Under the pieces are notes generated by a model that saw nothing but the letters and a program-made list of their open reading frames with translations, had not been told where the DNA came from and did not search any database. Of a DNA stretch of 64,000 nt, positions 19,537-31,649 are shown in pieces; positions within the stretch are counted from its first letter, which is position 1, and the number at the start of each line of letters is the position of its first letter. The position numbers and the translations under genes are program-made. This DNA is from an uncultured delta proteobacterium. GTDB taxonomy: Bacteria; Myxococcota_A; Polyangia; Polyangiales; Polyangiaceae. The stretch spans positions 3,168,001 to 3,232,000 of the forward strand of contig CAWDXG010000004.1 of the NCBI GenBank assembly GCA_963806225.1, written 5' to 3'.

Positions 19537-21798
19537 CTAGTACGCGTCCGGTCCGGCGCGCAGGCCCTTGGGCAAGGCGAGCTCGAGCGCGGGCACGGCG
19601 CTTTCGCCGCCGTCGAGGTAGGCGTAGCGCGCCATGTTGCCGACAACCCGGCCGACGTAGTTGCGCGTTTCGTGGAAGGGGATGCGCGCAACCCACACGT
19701 CGAGCGGCAGGTGTTCGCCGGATTCGAGCCAGTGCGACACGCGCGCCGGGCCAGCGTTGTAGGCGGCGGCGGCGAGCGCGACGCTGCCGCCGAAGGTCCC
19801 GAGCACCTTGTGCAGATAGAACGCGCCGAGGCGGATGTTGTACGGCGGGCTCCGCAGCAGGAGTGGGTCGTAGTCGACGCCGACCTCTCCGGCGACGGTG
19901 CGCGCGGTCGGAGGAATGAGCTGGAGCAGGCCGACGGCGCGAGCGGCCGAGACCACGGCGGGGCGGAAGCCGCTCTCCTGGCGCATCACGGCGTAGACGA
20001 GATCACGGGGCAGACCGTTCTTCTTCTCCGCGGCCCGCACCAGCGGCTCGTAGGGGCGCGGGTAGATGCAGTTCCAGACCCAGCGTGTGCCGTTGGTCGG
20101 CGCGTTGTCGAGGTGCGACCAGTGCGCGGCACGCTGGCCGACCTTGTAGCGGCGCGCGGCGGTGCTGAAGCTCCCGTAGGCGTGACACAGCGCTTCGTCG
20201 GCGCTGTCGCCGAGCTGCTTCTTGACGATGGGCTCGTACGCCGCGAGCGCACGGGCAGCATCCCGGTCGAGGCCGATGCGACGCAAGAGCTTCACGCGCG
20301 GCGGCAGCCGGAACGCCGGCGGAGTGTGCGGCTTGCCGCTCTTGGCGGGCTCGATCAGCGGCGGCAGCTTCTGGCCGAGCTCTTTCAGACGCGCGGCAGC
20401 GGCCAGCGCGGAAAACGAGAGCGGACGCTCGTCGATGACGTGGCGGAAGCGCTCGGCGGCGGCATCCTTGTTGCCGAGGCCGGCCAGCGCGACGCCTTCG
20501 AGCTCGTGATAGCGGGCCTCGAGGCGCGGCTCGTCCGTGGCCTTGGCCAGCACAGCGAAGCGCCTGGCGGCAGGCTTGTGTTTCCCCGAGGCAAGCCAGG
20601 TGACGCTCTGCTCGTAGCGCGCGCTGTCGACGAAGCGGCCCTTCTTGCCGAAGCGACCGAGGTAGTGCTGGTAGGCGGCGTCGGCCTTCTTCCAGTGGCC
20701 GAGGATGTACTCGAGGCGTGCTGCCAGATAGAGCGCTTCCTCGGCGTAACCGCTCCGCGGATAGCGAGCGGCGAGCGCCTTGTACTTCGCGATGGCCTTC
20801 TCGTCCTGGTCGGCCCGCGACAGCGCACGCGCGGCGTAGAACTGGTCCTTGACGCTGTCGCGCCCGCCAAGCTTCGCGGACTGTGCGAGGTACTCCGACG
20901 CCTTTGCGTAGTCCTTGCGCGCCATGTACAGCGCCCAGCCGCGCGCGTGCAGAAGCTCGCGCTCCGGAACGCCTTTCTTGATGCGGTCGAGCTCGGACAG
21001 AGCCAGGTCGGCCTTTCCGGCGCGCGCCAGAGCCATCGCGCGGTCGTAGCGCTGTCGCGGGGCGAGCACGCGCTTCGGGTCGAGCTTCTGGATGCGCGCC
21101 TCGACGCCCTTCGACTCGGGCGCGGCGGGCGCCGCGGTGGCGAGCCAACGCAGGTCGGCCACGGCGAGCTTCTTTTCGCCGGCCTTCTCGGCGAGCTCGG
21201 CGCGCAGGGCGTGGGCGCGGGCGCGCAGGCGCGTGGAGCCGTGGTGGAGCAGGCGATGGATCGCGCGGTCGACCTGGGCGCGCGCCTGGGCGGATTTTCC
21301 CGCGCGATGGAACGCGCGCGCCGCGTTGATCCACGCCCCGGCATCGCCCTGTTTCTCGAAGTAGTGCGCCGCGTCGAGGTACGGCCCGGCTTCGAGCTCG
21401 GCACGGGCACGGCGGAGCGCGATGTCGCCGGCGAGCAGCGGCAGTTTCTTGCCGAGGCCGTCGAGCAGCTTCACCGCGCGCTGGTGATCGCCCAGCGCGA
21501 TGGCGGCGCGGGCCCGGGCGTAGCGCACTTCGGGCTCGTCCCGCTTCTTCTTGTCGAGCGCGTCGATCAGCCTCGCGGCGTCGGCCCAGCGCTCCATGCG
21601 CACCGCCTCGACCCAGGTGCCGTCGCCCGAAGGATTCGCGGGGGGCTCGGCGGCCTTCGCCGACTTGGCGGGCGGATCGACGGAATGCGCCCGGCCGGGC
21701 GACACGCTGGGTCCCGCTTCGCCCGCCCCCGCCGGCGAGCTCCGCGCGCACCCCAGCACAAGCAAGGCGAGCGCGGCATACAGTCCGACACTGCGCAT
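19537..21798 (-). CDS. Soluble lytic transglycosylase with TPR scaffold (Slt-like lipoprotein)
   Basis: AVMRQESGF, AVGLLQL, AAAYNAG and IPFHETRNYV motifs; N-terminal helical repeats; VLGC lipobox. Confidence 0.93.
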   Translation of the reverse strand: MRSVGLYAALALLVLGCARSSPAGAGEAGPSVSPGRAHSVDPPAKSAKAAEPPANPSGDGTWVEAVRMERWADAARLIDALDKKKRDEPEVRYARARAAIALGDHQRAVKLLDGLGKKLPLLAGDIALRRARAELEAGPYLDAAHYFEKQGDAGAWINAARAFHRAGKSAQARAQVDRAIHRLLHHGSTRLRARAHALRAELAEKAGEKKLAVADLRWLATAAPAAPESKGVEARIQKLDPKRVLAPRQRYDRAMALARAGKADLALSELDRIKKGVPERELLHARGWALYMARKDYAKASEYLAQSAKLGGRDSVKDQFYAARALSRADQDEKAIAKYKALAARYPRSGYAEEALYLAARLEYILGHWKKADAAYQHYLGRFGKKGRFVDSARYEQSVTWLASGKHKPAARRFAVLAKATDEPRLEARYHELEGVALAGLGNKDAAAERFRHVIDERPLSFSALAAAARLKELGQKLPPLIEPAKSGKPHTPPAFRLPPRVKLLRRIGLDRDAARALAAYEPIVKKQLGDSADEALCHAYGSFSTAARRYKVGQRAAHWSHLDNAPTNGTRWVWNCIYPRPYEPLVRAAEKKNGLPRDLVYAVMRQESGFRPAVVSAARAVGLLQLIPPTARTVAGEVGVDYDPLLLRSPPYNIRLGAFYLHKVLGTFGGSVALAAAAYNAGPARVSHWLESGEHLPLDVWVARIPFHETRNYVGRVVGNMARYAYLDGGESAVPALELALPKGLRAGPDAY

Positions 21799-21897
21799 CC
21801 TCTACGCGATTTCCTAGCACGCCCCCCCGGGGGGGCGGCAAATCGGCGACGCCCGCGGCGACGCAGGCTGCGGGGCCGCACTCCAGCGCGCGGCGGG

Positions 21898-22431
21898 CTA
21901 CCAGCCCCAGCGGTATTCGGCGCGCACCAACGCGGAGAAGTACGGCGCATCCGCCAGGCTCTGCGGCGGATTGCGCAGGAAGGCATGGTAGCGGAACTGG
22001 GCGCCCATGGCGAAGCTGCGGGAGAACGAATAGTCGAGACCGAGCCCGATCGAGGCGCCGGGCTCGCCATAGTGCCCGAGCGGCGACGGACCACCGGAGA
22101 AGCCGTAGTAGCCGGCCATCAGATCGACGTACGGCACCCACTGGATGATGTCGATCTTGTAGGCAACGCCAGCCGAGGCCGAGAGGATCTGGGTGCGGTG
22201 GCCGCCCAGGTCGTGACTCGAATCCATGAGCTCGAGCTTGAGGTCGAACATGTCGCTGAGGCCGTAGGCCGCGTAAACCCCCAGCGCCGGATTCACCCCC
22301 GATGCGCTGCCCTTCAAGGTCGCAATGCCGAGCCCGCCGCCAAGGTGCCACTGCCGCTCGAACGCGTGCGCGCGGCTCGTGCCGAACACGATGCAGGCCA
22401 GCGCGGCCAGGGCGGCGGCGATCCGCGTCAT
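21898..22431 (-). CDS. Small outer-membrane beta-barrel protein
   Basis: Signal peptide ending AHA; alternating hydrophobic strands; aromatic C-terminus YRWGW. Confidence 0.8.
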   Translation of the reverse strand: MTRIAAALAALACIVFGTSRAHAFERQWHLGGGLGIATLKGSASGVNPALGVYAAYGLSDMFDLKLELMDSSHDLGGHRTQILSASAGVAYKIDIIQWVPYVDLMAGYYGFSGGPSPLGHYGEPGASIGLGLDYSFSRSFAMGAQFRYHAFLRNPPQSLADAPYFSALVRAEYRWGW

Positions 22432-22637
22432 GCGGGGCGTTCTACTACGCGAGGCGTCGGGGGGGCCAGGTCCGTTCACGCGTTCGTTGTCTGGCGGGTC
22501 CTGGCAGCCGCTGTGCCCGGAGAGGCGGCGCGACACCGACAGCTCGCGACAGCCCTGCGACGGCGGCACGATGCTGGCCTGGCTTGACGCTCTGTCGCGG
22601 GCGCGGGAAAGGCGTTCAGGGAGCCGCAGCTCAAGCA

Positions 22638-23153
22638 ATGCGCGCAAGGCACACCATGGTCCTGCTAGCCGTCGTCGCGGTGCTGGCTGGCTGTCGGGGA
22701 TACGACTTCCGCACGCTTGCCGTGTACAACGCCCCGCGGTCGCGCTTTCGCCTCGTCGCGCTAACCGAAGGCACGGTGAAGGCCGGCGAGGACGTGACGG
22801 ATCGGGGGCGCGGCACGGTGGTCGTGTGTCCGCTGTCGCCCGGCGCCCGCGCGATCGAGCTGCGCTTCGCGCCGGGTGCGGCGGTTGCTTTCGCGATCGA
22901 CAAGGGCGCGAAGGGCTCACTGTCGTGGGGTTTTCGCGCCGCCGCGCCCTCGCTCTCGCGCGTGCTCAAGCTCGGCGCCTACCCGACGCCGCGTGCCCGC
23001 GAGCTCGACGAAGCGGTGCAGGTGATCGACGGAGCTCTGGCAGGCCCCAAAGGCACGTACATGTCCGGGCAGACCAAGTCAGTCGATGTCGTGCGCGTCG
23101 ACTTCCACACCAGCGCGCCAAAGCCCGGCTTCGCCGCGTGCGGTGGGCCGTAG
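22638..23153 (+). CDS. Hypothetical lipoprotein
   Basis: LAGC lipobox after a hydrophobic stretch. Confidence 0.65.
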   Translation: MRARHTMVLLAVVAVLAGCRGYDFRTLAVYNAPRSRFRLVALTEGTVKAGEDVTDRGRGTVVVCPLSPGARAIELRFAPGAAVAFAIDKGAKGSLSWGFRAAAPSLSRVLKLGAYPTPRARELDEAVQVIDGALAGPKGTYMSGQTKSVDVVRVDFHTSAPKPGFAACGGP

Positions 23154-23252
23154 CACCCAGCCAGCAGCGCGTCCGACCCACCGCTGCGACGCGGGCTGGT
23201 GCCGCGTCCGCGAGCAGGTTCGGGATGGAATCGCTACTTCCGGGACGCGGCA

Positions 23253-23810
23253 CTAGCCGGCCTCGCGCACGCAGATGCGACCCACGAACGCGATGTCGGC
23301 ACAGAGCGGCAGCGCGCCCGTGCAGTCCGCCGCCGTCACGCACTCGCCGGAGCAGTAGTACACGCCGCCCGGCCCCTCGACGCACAGCGAGCTCGCACAG
23401 TCGTTGCCGCCGTCGCAGCGATCGATGCCGTTCTTTCCGGTGCCCCGCGGCCCCGGCGCGCACGCGCAGCCAGCGTCCAGATCGCACTCGCAACGCAGCG
23501 CACTGTGGCAGTCGCGATTGAAGGTGCAGGGCGCTCCCGCCTCGCCCGGGCCGTCCACAGCGTCGAGCGAAGCATCCAGCGCGCCGGCGTCGGCGGAGCC
23601 ATCGGTATTGGCGGAACCGTCGCTGATTGCGGAAGCGTCACCTGCGTCTGTCGTCGCCCCGGAGTCGGGCGCAACGTGGTGCGTCGCCGCGCTACTGCAC
23701 GCTGCCGACAGCCCGCCCGCCGCCAGCGCCACGAGCGCAGTCGCAACCCAGCGTGCCGATCCCTTCAAGCGAAGCCTCCTCCCGCCAGAGCCAGCGCTGC
23801 ATGCTTCCAC
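23253..23810 (-). CDS. Cys-rich lipoprotein with DAG linker
   Basis: SAAC lipobox, D/A/G/S linker, multiple Cys modules. Start uncertain. Confidence 0.7.
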   Translation of the reverse strand: MEACSAGSGGRRLRLKGSARWVATALVALAAGGLSAACSSAATHHVAPDSGATTDAGDASAISDGSANTDGSADAGALDASLDAVDGPGEAGAPCTFNRDCHSALRCECDLDAGCACAPGPRGTGKNGIDRCDGGNDCASSLCVEGPGGVYYCSGECVTAADCTGALPLCADIAFVGRICVREAG

Positions 23811-23860
23811 GCCTTGCCGTCCGGATGCAATCGAGCGGGAGCGCCGGCTACCGCGCGGAG

Positions 23861-24955
23861 CTAGGCCGTCTGCTCGGCGGCGCCCCTCGCGTCGAGGCTC
23901 GACAAGAGCTCCAGCGCCGCGCGCTGCGTCTTCGATCCCAAAAGCGCCTTGTCCGCGGCGCGTTGTGCACTCCTACGCGCCGCCGGCGCGTTGCCCAGCG
24001 CGGCGTCGGCGCGGGCGCGGATCAGCAGACGCGAGTCGGAGGCTCTGCAGAGCTTGTCCGCCTCGTCCAGCGCCCCGAGCGCGCCGTGCGGGTCGCCCGC
24101 CAGGCGGCGCGCCTCCGCCTCCGTACCGAAGCAGCGCGCGAGCCTGACCTCCGCCTGGCCCTGTGCCCGGAGCAGTTCTTTCGCCTCTTCCAGCTCCGCC
24201 AGACAGCGCTCGAGCCCCGCAGCGTCGAGCCCGCCCGCAGCGCTGATGCGGTACCACACGGAGTTGTTCAGCGCCGAGGCTCCCAGGCCCTCCGGATCGA
24301 GCTCCCGCACCTTGTCGTTCGCCGCCAGCGCTTCTTCCGTACGTCCGAGCTCGCCCAGACACACGCCGCTGTTCAGAAAGTCGGCAGCGCTGCGCTCGCT
24401 CTCCGGAATGGCGGACAGCACGCCCAGCACTGCCTCTGAAGCCTCCACGCGGAATCCCTCGGCGACCAGCGCGCTCAGCTGTTCGGCAGAAGGCTCCGCG
24501 CCGAGCGCCCGCTCGAACAGCGCGTTGTACGCGGCGGGGGGCATTCCGGGCGGCAGCGCGCGCAGGAGCAGCAGCAGGCTCTCCGCCGTTTTGCCCTCGC
24601 GCTCCAGCTGCTCCAGGATGATCGCGAGCGGGTACGGCGCGCACTGATCGCAGATCGCGACGCTGGGAGCTGCCACGAGCCGGTTCACCGCGCGGCGCGA
24701 CTTGCGGCACATCGAGCACTCCTGCGCCGGAACCCGGGACGCGATGTTCAACACACCGAGCGCCGCCGCCGCCCCGAGCAAGAGCCAGCCTGCGCGGACC
24801 ATGCCCCCGTTGGCGCCGATGAACCAAACGGAACACCCGGCCAGCACGACCCCGGTCCAGATGAGCCGCTTCTGCCAGCGCTGCGAGATGTAGATCCTGA
24901 GCGGCTCCTTCGCGGCCGTCTGTGCGTCCGGGCCACCCAGCTTCCAACCTGTCAC
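23861..24955 (-). CDS. Membrane protein with ClpX-type C4 zinc finger and TPR repeats
   Basis: Two N-terminal TM helices; CSMCRKSRRAVNRLVAAPSVAICDQC; TPR-like NSGVCLGELGRTEEAL. Confidence 0.75.
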   Translation of the reverse strand: MTGWKLGGPDAQTAAKEPLRIYISQRWQKRLIWTGVVLAGCSVWFIGANGGMVRAGWLLLGAAAALGVLNIASRVPAQECSMCRKSRRAVNRLVAAPSVAICDQCAPYPLAIILEQLEREGKTAESLLLLLRALPPGMPPAAYNALFERALGAEPSAEQLSALVAEGFRVEASEAVLGVLSAIPESERSAADFLNSGVCLGELGRTEEALAANDKVRELDPEGLGASALNNSVWYRISAAGGLDAAGLERCLAELEEAKELLRAQGQAEVRLARCFGTEAEARRLAGDPHGALGALDEADKLCRASDSRLLIRARADAALGNAPAARRSAQRAADKALLGSKTQRAALELLSSLDARGAAEQTA

Positions 24956-25008
24956 GCCGCGGAGTGTTGGGCGTGCGGAGGCGCGCGGTCAAGGCGCCCG
25001 CGGCGCGG

Positions 25009-25504
25009 CTAGTCGCGCGCAGCCGCCTCTAGCCCTGCCTCCAGGCGCGCGCGCCACGCGGCGGGGTCGATGTGGCGGCGGCGCTCGGCGGCGACCTGCT
25101 GCGCGATGTCGATGGCGATCCGAGATCCCGAAGCCGAGCACGGCGGCGACCAGGCCATACCCGAAGCTGTGGCGCCACTTGCCGATCACGGCGCTCGCCG
25201 CCAGCACCAGACCGACGAGCAACCAGACCCGGCTCGGTTCCCGCGCAACCGGCTGCAGCCCGCGCGTGGTCAGGAGGAGCTGGACGCGACGCTCCGCCGG
25301 ATCGACGCCGAGCACGATGAACGTGCCGTCGTCCTGCCAGCCCTCGGCCTGCCAGACGACGCGCTCGCCCTCCGATTCGACCGCGCCGACGCTCTGCTCC
25401 ATGCCGTCCATCAACGCAGCCGCCAGGCGGCGCGCGAACGCTTCGCCACCGTCGGCGTGTTGTACCCACGGCGGGATGGCGAGCTCGATGCGCTTCTGCT
25501 CCAC
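25009..25504 (-). CDS. Hypothetical membrane protein; frameshift near 25120
   Basis: MEQKRIEL... with two TM helices; continues as IAIDIAQQ...AARD* in another frame. Confidence 0.6.
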
Positions 25505-25677
25505 GCGAACCGGGTATCACGAAACCGAGCGGGCGGGCGCGCCGACACGCCGCTACTTCGGCGTGGTGGGTGGGGCCCCCGGCCGGACGCGGAGCGCCCG
25601 GCCTTGGCGGGCCCGCGGCGCGCGGAGCAAAGCGAGCACGCCGCAACGTGAAGCGACGTGAAAGCGCGGGGGCAACC

Positions 25678-27920
<2,243 letters not shown>

Positions 27921-27938
27921 GGCCTCGGAACCCCGCGC

Positions 27939-29156
27939 TCAGCGCAGCTCGAAGACCAGCGCCGCCGCCACCACGAGCAGCAGGACCATGATCGCGACGA
28001 TCAGGCCGCGGGAGCTCTTCTCGACGGGCGGCTCGCTGCGGGTCACCATCGCCTCGAGCGATGCAGGCGGCGGCTCGAAGCGGGCGACGGACCCGGGCGC
28101 CTCCGCAGGCTCCGGCTCCGGCGCGACCGGCTCCGCCGAGAGCAGCGGTCCGGCCTCCAGCGCCTTGGCAGCCCGCTCGCGCGCTCGCCGCCGCTCGATG
28201 ATCTCGCCGCCGAAGTGATCCATCAGCCACTCGCCGAAACGCAACGGGCTGGCGATCAGGCCGGCCTTGCCGGCGTAGTCCGACAGTTCGCGCAGCATGA
28301 CGCCCGCGCTCTCGTAGCGGCGCTCGCGATCCTTCTCGAGCGCGTGCATCGCGATGCGGTGCAGCTCCGCTTCGTCGGGGTAGCCGCGCTCGGGCAGCGC
28401 CGGAATGGCCGCTTCGCGCGCCTGGTCGAGCGACGGCGGGCGGCCCTTCTCGCCCTTGTAGAGGCGTCGCCCCGCGAGCAGCTCCCACAGGATAACGCCC
28501 ACCGCGAACACGTCGGAGCGACCGTCGAGCGGCTCGCCCTCGGCCGCCTCCGGGCTCATGTAGCCGGCCTTGCCCTGGATGGCCTCTTCCGGCACCTCCT
28601 CGCTGGCACCGATGGCGCGCGCGATGCCGAAGTCGCAGAGCTTGACCTCGCCGTCGAAGCTGATGAGCACGTTGGAGGGCGACACGTCGCGGTGCACGAC
28701 GCCGAGCGGCTGTCCGTCCTCGTTCTTCTTCCGGTGCGCGTAGTCGAGCGCGCGCAGCGTCTCGATCACGACCAGCAAGGAGAACTCCACGGGCAGCGGC
28801 ACCTTCCCCTTGGAGCAGTGACGGAGCAGGTCGCGCAGGTCGAAGCCCTCCACGTACTCCATCGCGATGTACAGCTGGTCTTCCTCGCGGCCGAGGTCGA
28901 GCACCTGCGCGATGTTGCCGTGGGAAAGCTGGGCGGCGAGCTTGGCCTCGTCGATCAAGAGCTGGCTGAACTCGCGGCTGCTCGACAGGAAGGGCAGCAT
29001 CTGTTTGACGACGGCCAGGCGCTCGCCGCCGAGCTCGGTCCGCTGCCGGCCCAGATAGATCCGGGCCATGCCGCCCTCGCCAATCTTGTCGAACAGCAGG
29101 TAGCGTCCGAATCGACGCGGCAGAGCGTCGGCCCCGGCTGCCTCGGAGGATTGCAC
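27939..29156 (-). CDS. Eukaryotic-like Ser/Thr protein kinase with C-terminal TM helix
   Basis: IGEGGMA, HRDVSPSN, DFGIA, GKAGYMSPE and DVFAVG motifs. Start uncertain. Confidence 0.93.
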   Translation of the reverse strand: MQSSEAAGADALPRRFGRYLLFDKIGEGGMARIYLGRQRTELGGERLAVVKQMLPFLSSSREFSQLLIDEAKLAAQLSHGNIAQVLDLGREEDQLYIAMEYVEGFDLRDLLRHCSKGKVPLPVEFSLLVVIETLRALDYAHRKKNEDGQPLGVVHRDVSPSNVLISFDGEVKLCDFGIARAIGASEEVPEEAIQGKAGYMSPEAAEGEPLDGRSDVFAVGVILWELLAGRRLYKGEKGRPPSLDQAREAAIPALPERGYPDEAELHRIAMHALEKDRERRYESAGVMLRELSDYAGKAGLIASPLRFGEWLMDHFGGEIIERRRARERAAKALEAGPLLSAEPVAPEPEPAEAPGSVARFEPPPASLEAMVTRSEPPVEKSSRGLIVAIMVLLLVVAAALVFELR

Positions 29157-29317
29157 GCTAGCCGCCTTGATGGCAGCCGGGCTGGGCCCGGTCAAGGCAG
29201 AACCCGGCCGGCGACCCCAACGGGATAGAACCGGGGGTCGAGTCGCGGTATCCATCATCGACAGAGCCCCCCGCGCGGGGGCAGAACGGAGCCCCCACCC
29301 TCCCCCCCTCACGAGCC

Positions 29318-29650
29318 ATGTACCTGCTAGTTGGAATGCTGTTTCTGGCCGTCCTGGCCGTCCCGCTGGTCGTCGCGATCCGGCACTCGACCGAGCTTTT
29401 CCAGATCAAGGTCGAGAAAGGCAAGACGTCCCTTGTGCGCGGACGGCTGCCCCTGCGCCTGTACAACGACATCAAGGATATCGTGCACCGGCCGGCGGTG
29501 GCGCGCGCCACCATTCGCTGCGTCGCCGAGTCGGGCGAGCCGCGCGTACTGCCCGACGACGGGCTGGACGCAGGCCGGCTGCAGCGCCTCCGCAATGTGG
29601 TCGGGCATTTCGAGATCGCCCAGATCCGCAACGGCAAGCTCCGCAGCTGA
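29318..29650 (+). CDS. Small membrane-anchored protein, DUF3634-like
   Basis: N-terminal TM helix; LFQIKV..G, RGRLP and QRLRNVVG motifs. Confidence 0.7.
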   Translation: MYLLVGMLFLAVLAVPLVVAIRHSTELFQIKVEKGKTSLVRGRLPLRLYNDIKDIVHRPAVARATIRCVAESGEPRVLPDDGLDAGRLQRLRNVVGHFEIAQIRNGKLRS

Positions 29651-31549
29651 CTACGCCGCCGAGTCCCTGCGCGACCGGGCGCCGCCGGCGCGGACCCAGC
29701 CGTGCGACACGAGCCGCCGCTCGGCTTCCTCGGCGCGGGGCACGTTGATCGCAACCGTCAGCACGTCGCCTTCGCGGAACTCGACCTCTCCGTCTACCGG
29801 ACGCGTGCGGCCGGCGCGTTCGACGCCGAGTGGCAGCGACAGGCCGCGATGCGCGTTGATCGACGTGACTTCGCCGGAATCCGGCGGCCGGTTGGCGGCT
29901 GTCCCATCGACGCAGCGCCAGCGCTCGACGCGGGTCTCCCCGCTCTCGATGCGGGTATTCCAGGCCTCCACGTCGTAGGCCTCGGCGAACAGCAATCTTC
30001 CGTCGATGCGGCGCACCATGTCCGGCGTCACGCCCTCGTCGATGCTCTCCAGGGCGACGTAGAGCGCAACGCTGCGCGACAGCTCCCGCGCCTTCTGGCA
30101 AAAAAGCAGGTTCACTTCCTCGACGGGCGTGACGCCGATGACGCCCGCGCGCGTTTCCACCTCGGCGAGCTGGAGCGTGCGCTCCTCGAGCGCATTGGCG
30201 TGCAGTACCTTGAACCCGCGCTCTTCGGCGTCGCGGCAGGCGTCGGGGTTCGAGTCGATGCACACGACTTCCTCGCCGCCGGCGCGCAGGGTCTCGGCCA
30301 GGGCGCAGCCGACAGCCTTGGCCCCGAGGATGACCCAGCCCTGGTCGCGAGGACGCGACACGCCGCAGAGCCTGGCCATCAGCCCGCCGCCCAGGCCCGC
30401 AGTGCTCACCGTTATGAGGATGACGAGGAACACCATCGCGCGGAGCTCCACCCCGCCGTCGATCCCGGCGCGCCCGAGCTCGGAGGCGAAATACGAGGCT
30501 ATGGCCGCAGCCACGATGCCGCGCGGACCGATCCACGCCACGAACAGCTTCTGCCGCTTGGAGAGGCCGGAGCCCCGGGTGGACAAAAACACGCCGAGCG
30601 GGCGGACGACGAACATCAAGATGACGACGGTCAAGATGCCAGCGGCACCCAGCGCGGCCAGATCCGCCATACGCACATCGGCCGCGAGCAGCACGAACAG
30701 GAGCCCGATCAGCATGACCGTGAGCTGCTCCTTGAAAGCGTACAGCTCCCGCCACACGCGGAACTCCGTGTTGCCGACGACCAGGCCGGCGGCGATGACG
30801 GCAGCGATGCCGCTCTCGGGCGTGACGGCGTTGGACACCTGGAACAGCGCGAGCACGAGCGAGAGCGTGAGCACCGTCTCGAGGCCGTCCGGGACAAGCC
30901 GGCGTACGCGAAGCAGCAGCGCTACCAACGCGCCGCCCACCAGTCCGAACAGCCCGCCGACGCCCAGGCGCATCAGCGCGATGAGCGGCCCCTTCGCCAG
31001 GTGCTCGCCGCTCGGCGCGAGCGCGACCTCGAGCGCCACCAGCGCCACCACGGCGCCGACCGCGTCACCGAACACGCCCTCCGCTTCGAGCAGCGTGCCG
31101 ACCGAATGCTCGACGCGCAGGCGGCGCAGGAGCGGGGTTATCACGGTCGGCCCCGTGACGATGACCAGCGTGCCGAACAGCACCGACGGGCGCCACTCCC
31201 AACCCAGCACGAAATGAGCGGCAAGCGTGCCGCCCACGGCGCTGATGGTCGCCCCGAGCGTGATCAGCGCGCGGATGGATCGTGCTTCGCGGCGGATGCG
31301 GCGAAGGTCGAGGTTCAGCGCGCCCTCGAACAGGATCACGGCCACGGCGAAGTTCACCAGCGTGAACAGCGCCGTCCCGAGCGTGTCCGGCCGCACGATG
31401 CCCGCCACGTCCGGACCGAGCAGCACGCCCGTGACCAGCAGGAGCACGATGCCCGGAATGCCGAGATGGGTCGCGACGATCTGCGCGAGCATCCCCGCCG
31501 CGAGCGCGACGGCGACGGTCAGAGCCGGATTTCCGAGAGCAGCGTGCAC
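29651..31549 (-). CDS. Cation:proton antiporter (CPA1/NhaP-like) with TrkA-N/RCK domain
   Basis: ILFEGALNL, VTGPTVITPLL, GPRGIVAAA, then a Rossmann-like VILGAKAVG. Confidence 0.9.
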   Translation of the reverse strand: MHAALGNPALTVAVALAAGMLAQIVATHLGIPGIVLLLVTGVLLGPDVAGIVRPDTLGTALFTLVNFAVAVILFEGALNLDLRRIRREARSIRALITLGATISAVGGTLAAHFVLGWEWRPSVLFGTLVIVTGPTVITPLLRRLRVEHSVGTLLEAEGVFGDAVGAVVALVALEVALAPSGEHLAKGPLIALMRLGVGGLFGLVGGALVALLLRVRRLVPDGLETVLTLSLVLALFQVSNAVTPESGIAAVIAAGLVVGNTEFRVWRELYAFKEQLTVMLIGLLFVLLAADVRMADLAALGAAGILTVVILMFVVRPLGVFLSTRGSGLSKRQKLFVAWIGPRGIVAAAIASYFASELGRAGIDGGVELRAMVFLVILITVSTAGLGGGLMARLCGVSRPRDQGWVILGAKAVGCALAETLRAGGEEVVCIDSNPDACRDAEERGFKVLHANALEERTLQLAEVETRAGVIGVTPVEEVNLLFCQKARELSRSVALYVALESIDEGVTPDMVRRIDGRLLFAEAYDVEAWNTRIESGETRVERWRCVDGTAANRPPDSGEVTSINAHRGLSLPLGVERAGRTRPVDGEVEFREGDVLTVAINVPRAEEAERRLVSHGWVRAGGARSRRDSAA

Positions 31550-31598
31550 CCAGGCTGAACGTAAGGCGGCCGGGGGTGAATGTCCGCCCCCCAAATGC

Positions 31599-31629
31599 AC
31601 TACGGGCCAGGCAGAGCCCGGCCCGTAGT
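31599..31629 (-). terminator. Hairpin downstream of the lipoprotein gene
   Basis: ACTACGGGCC / GGCCCGTAGT perfect 10-bp stem 21 nt after the stop at 31650; only a weak U-tract. Confidence 0.4.
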
Positions 31630-31649
31630 CTCCTGCTACGACTGCCTTG

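Noticed and set aside
19075..22587. Very long antisense/alternate-frame ORFs (e.g. 1170 aa here; also 3045-5768, 3175-6042, 26931-29228)
   Set aside because: Shadow ORFs of real genes, expected in high-GC DNA; no recognisable motifs.
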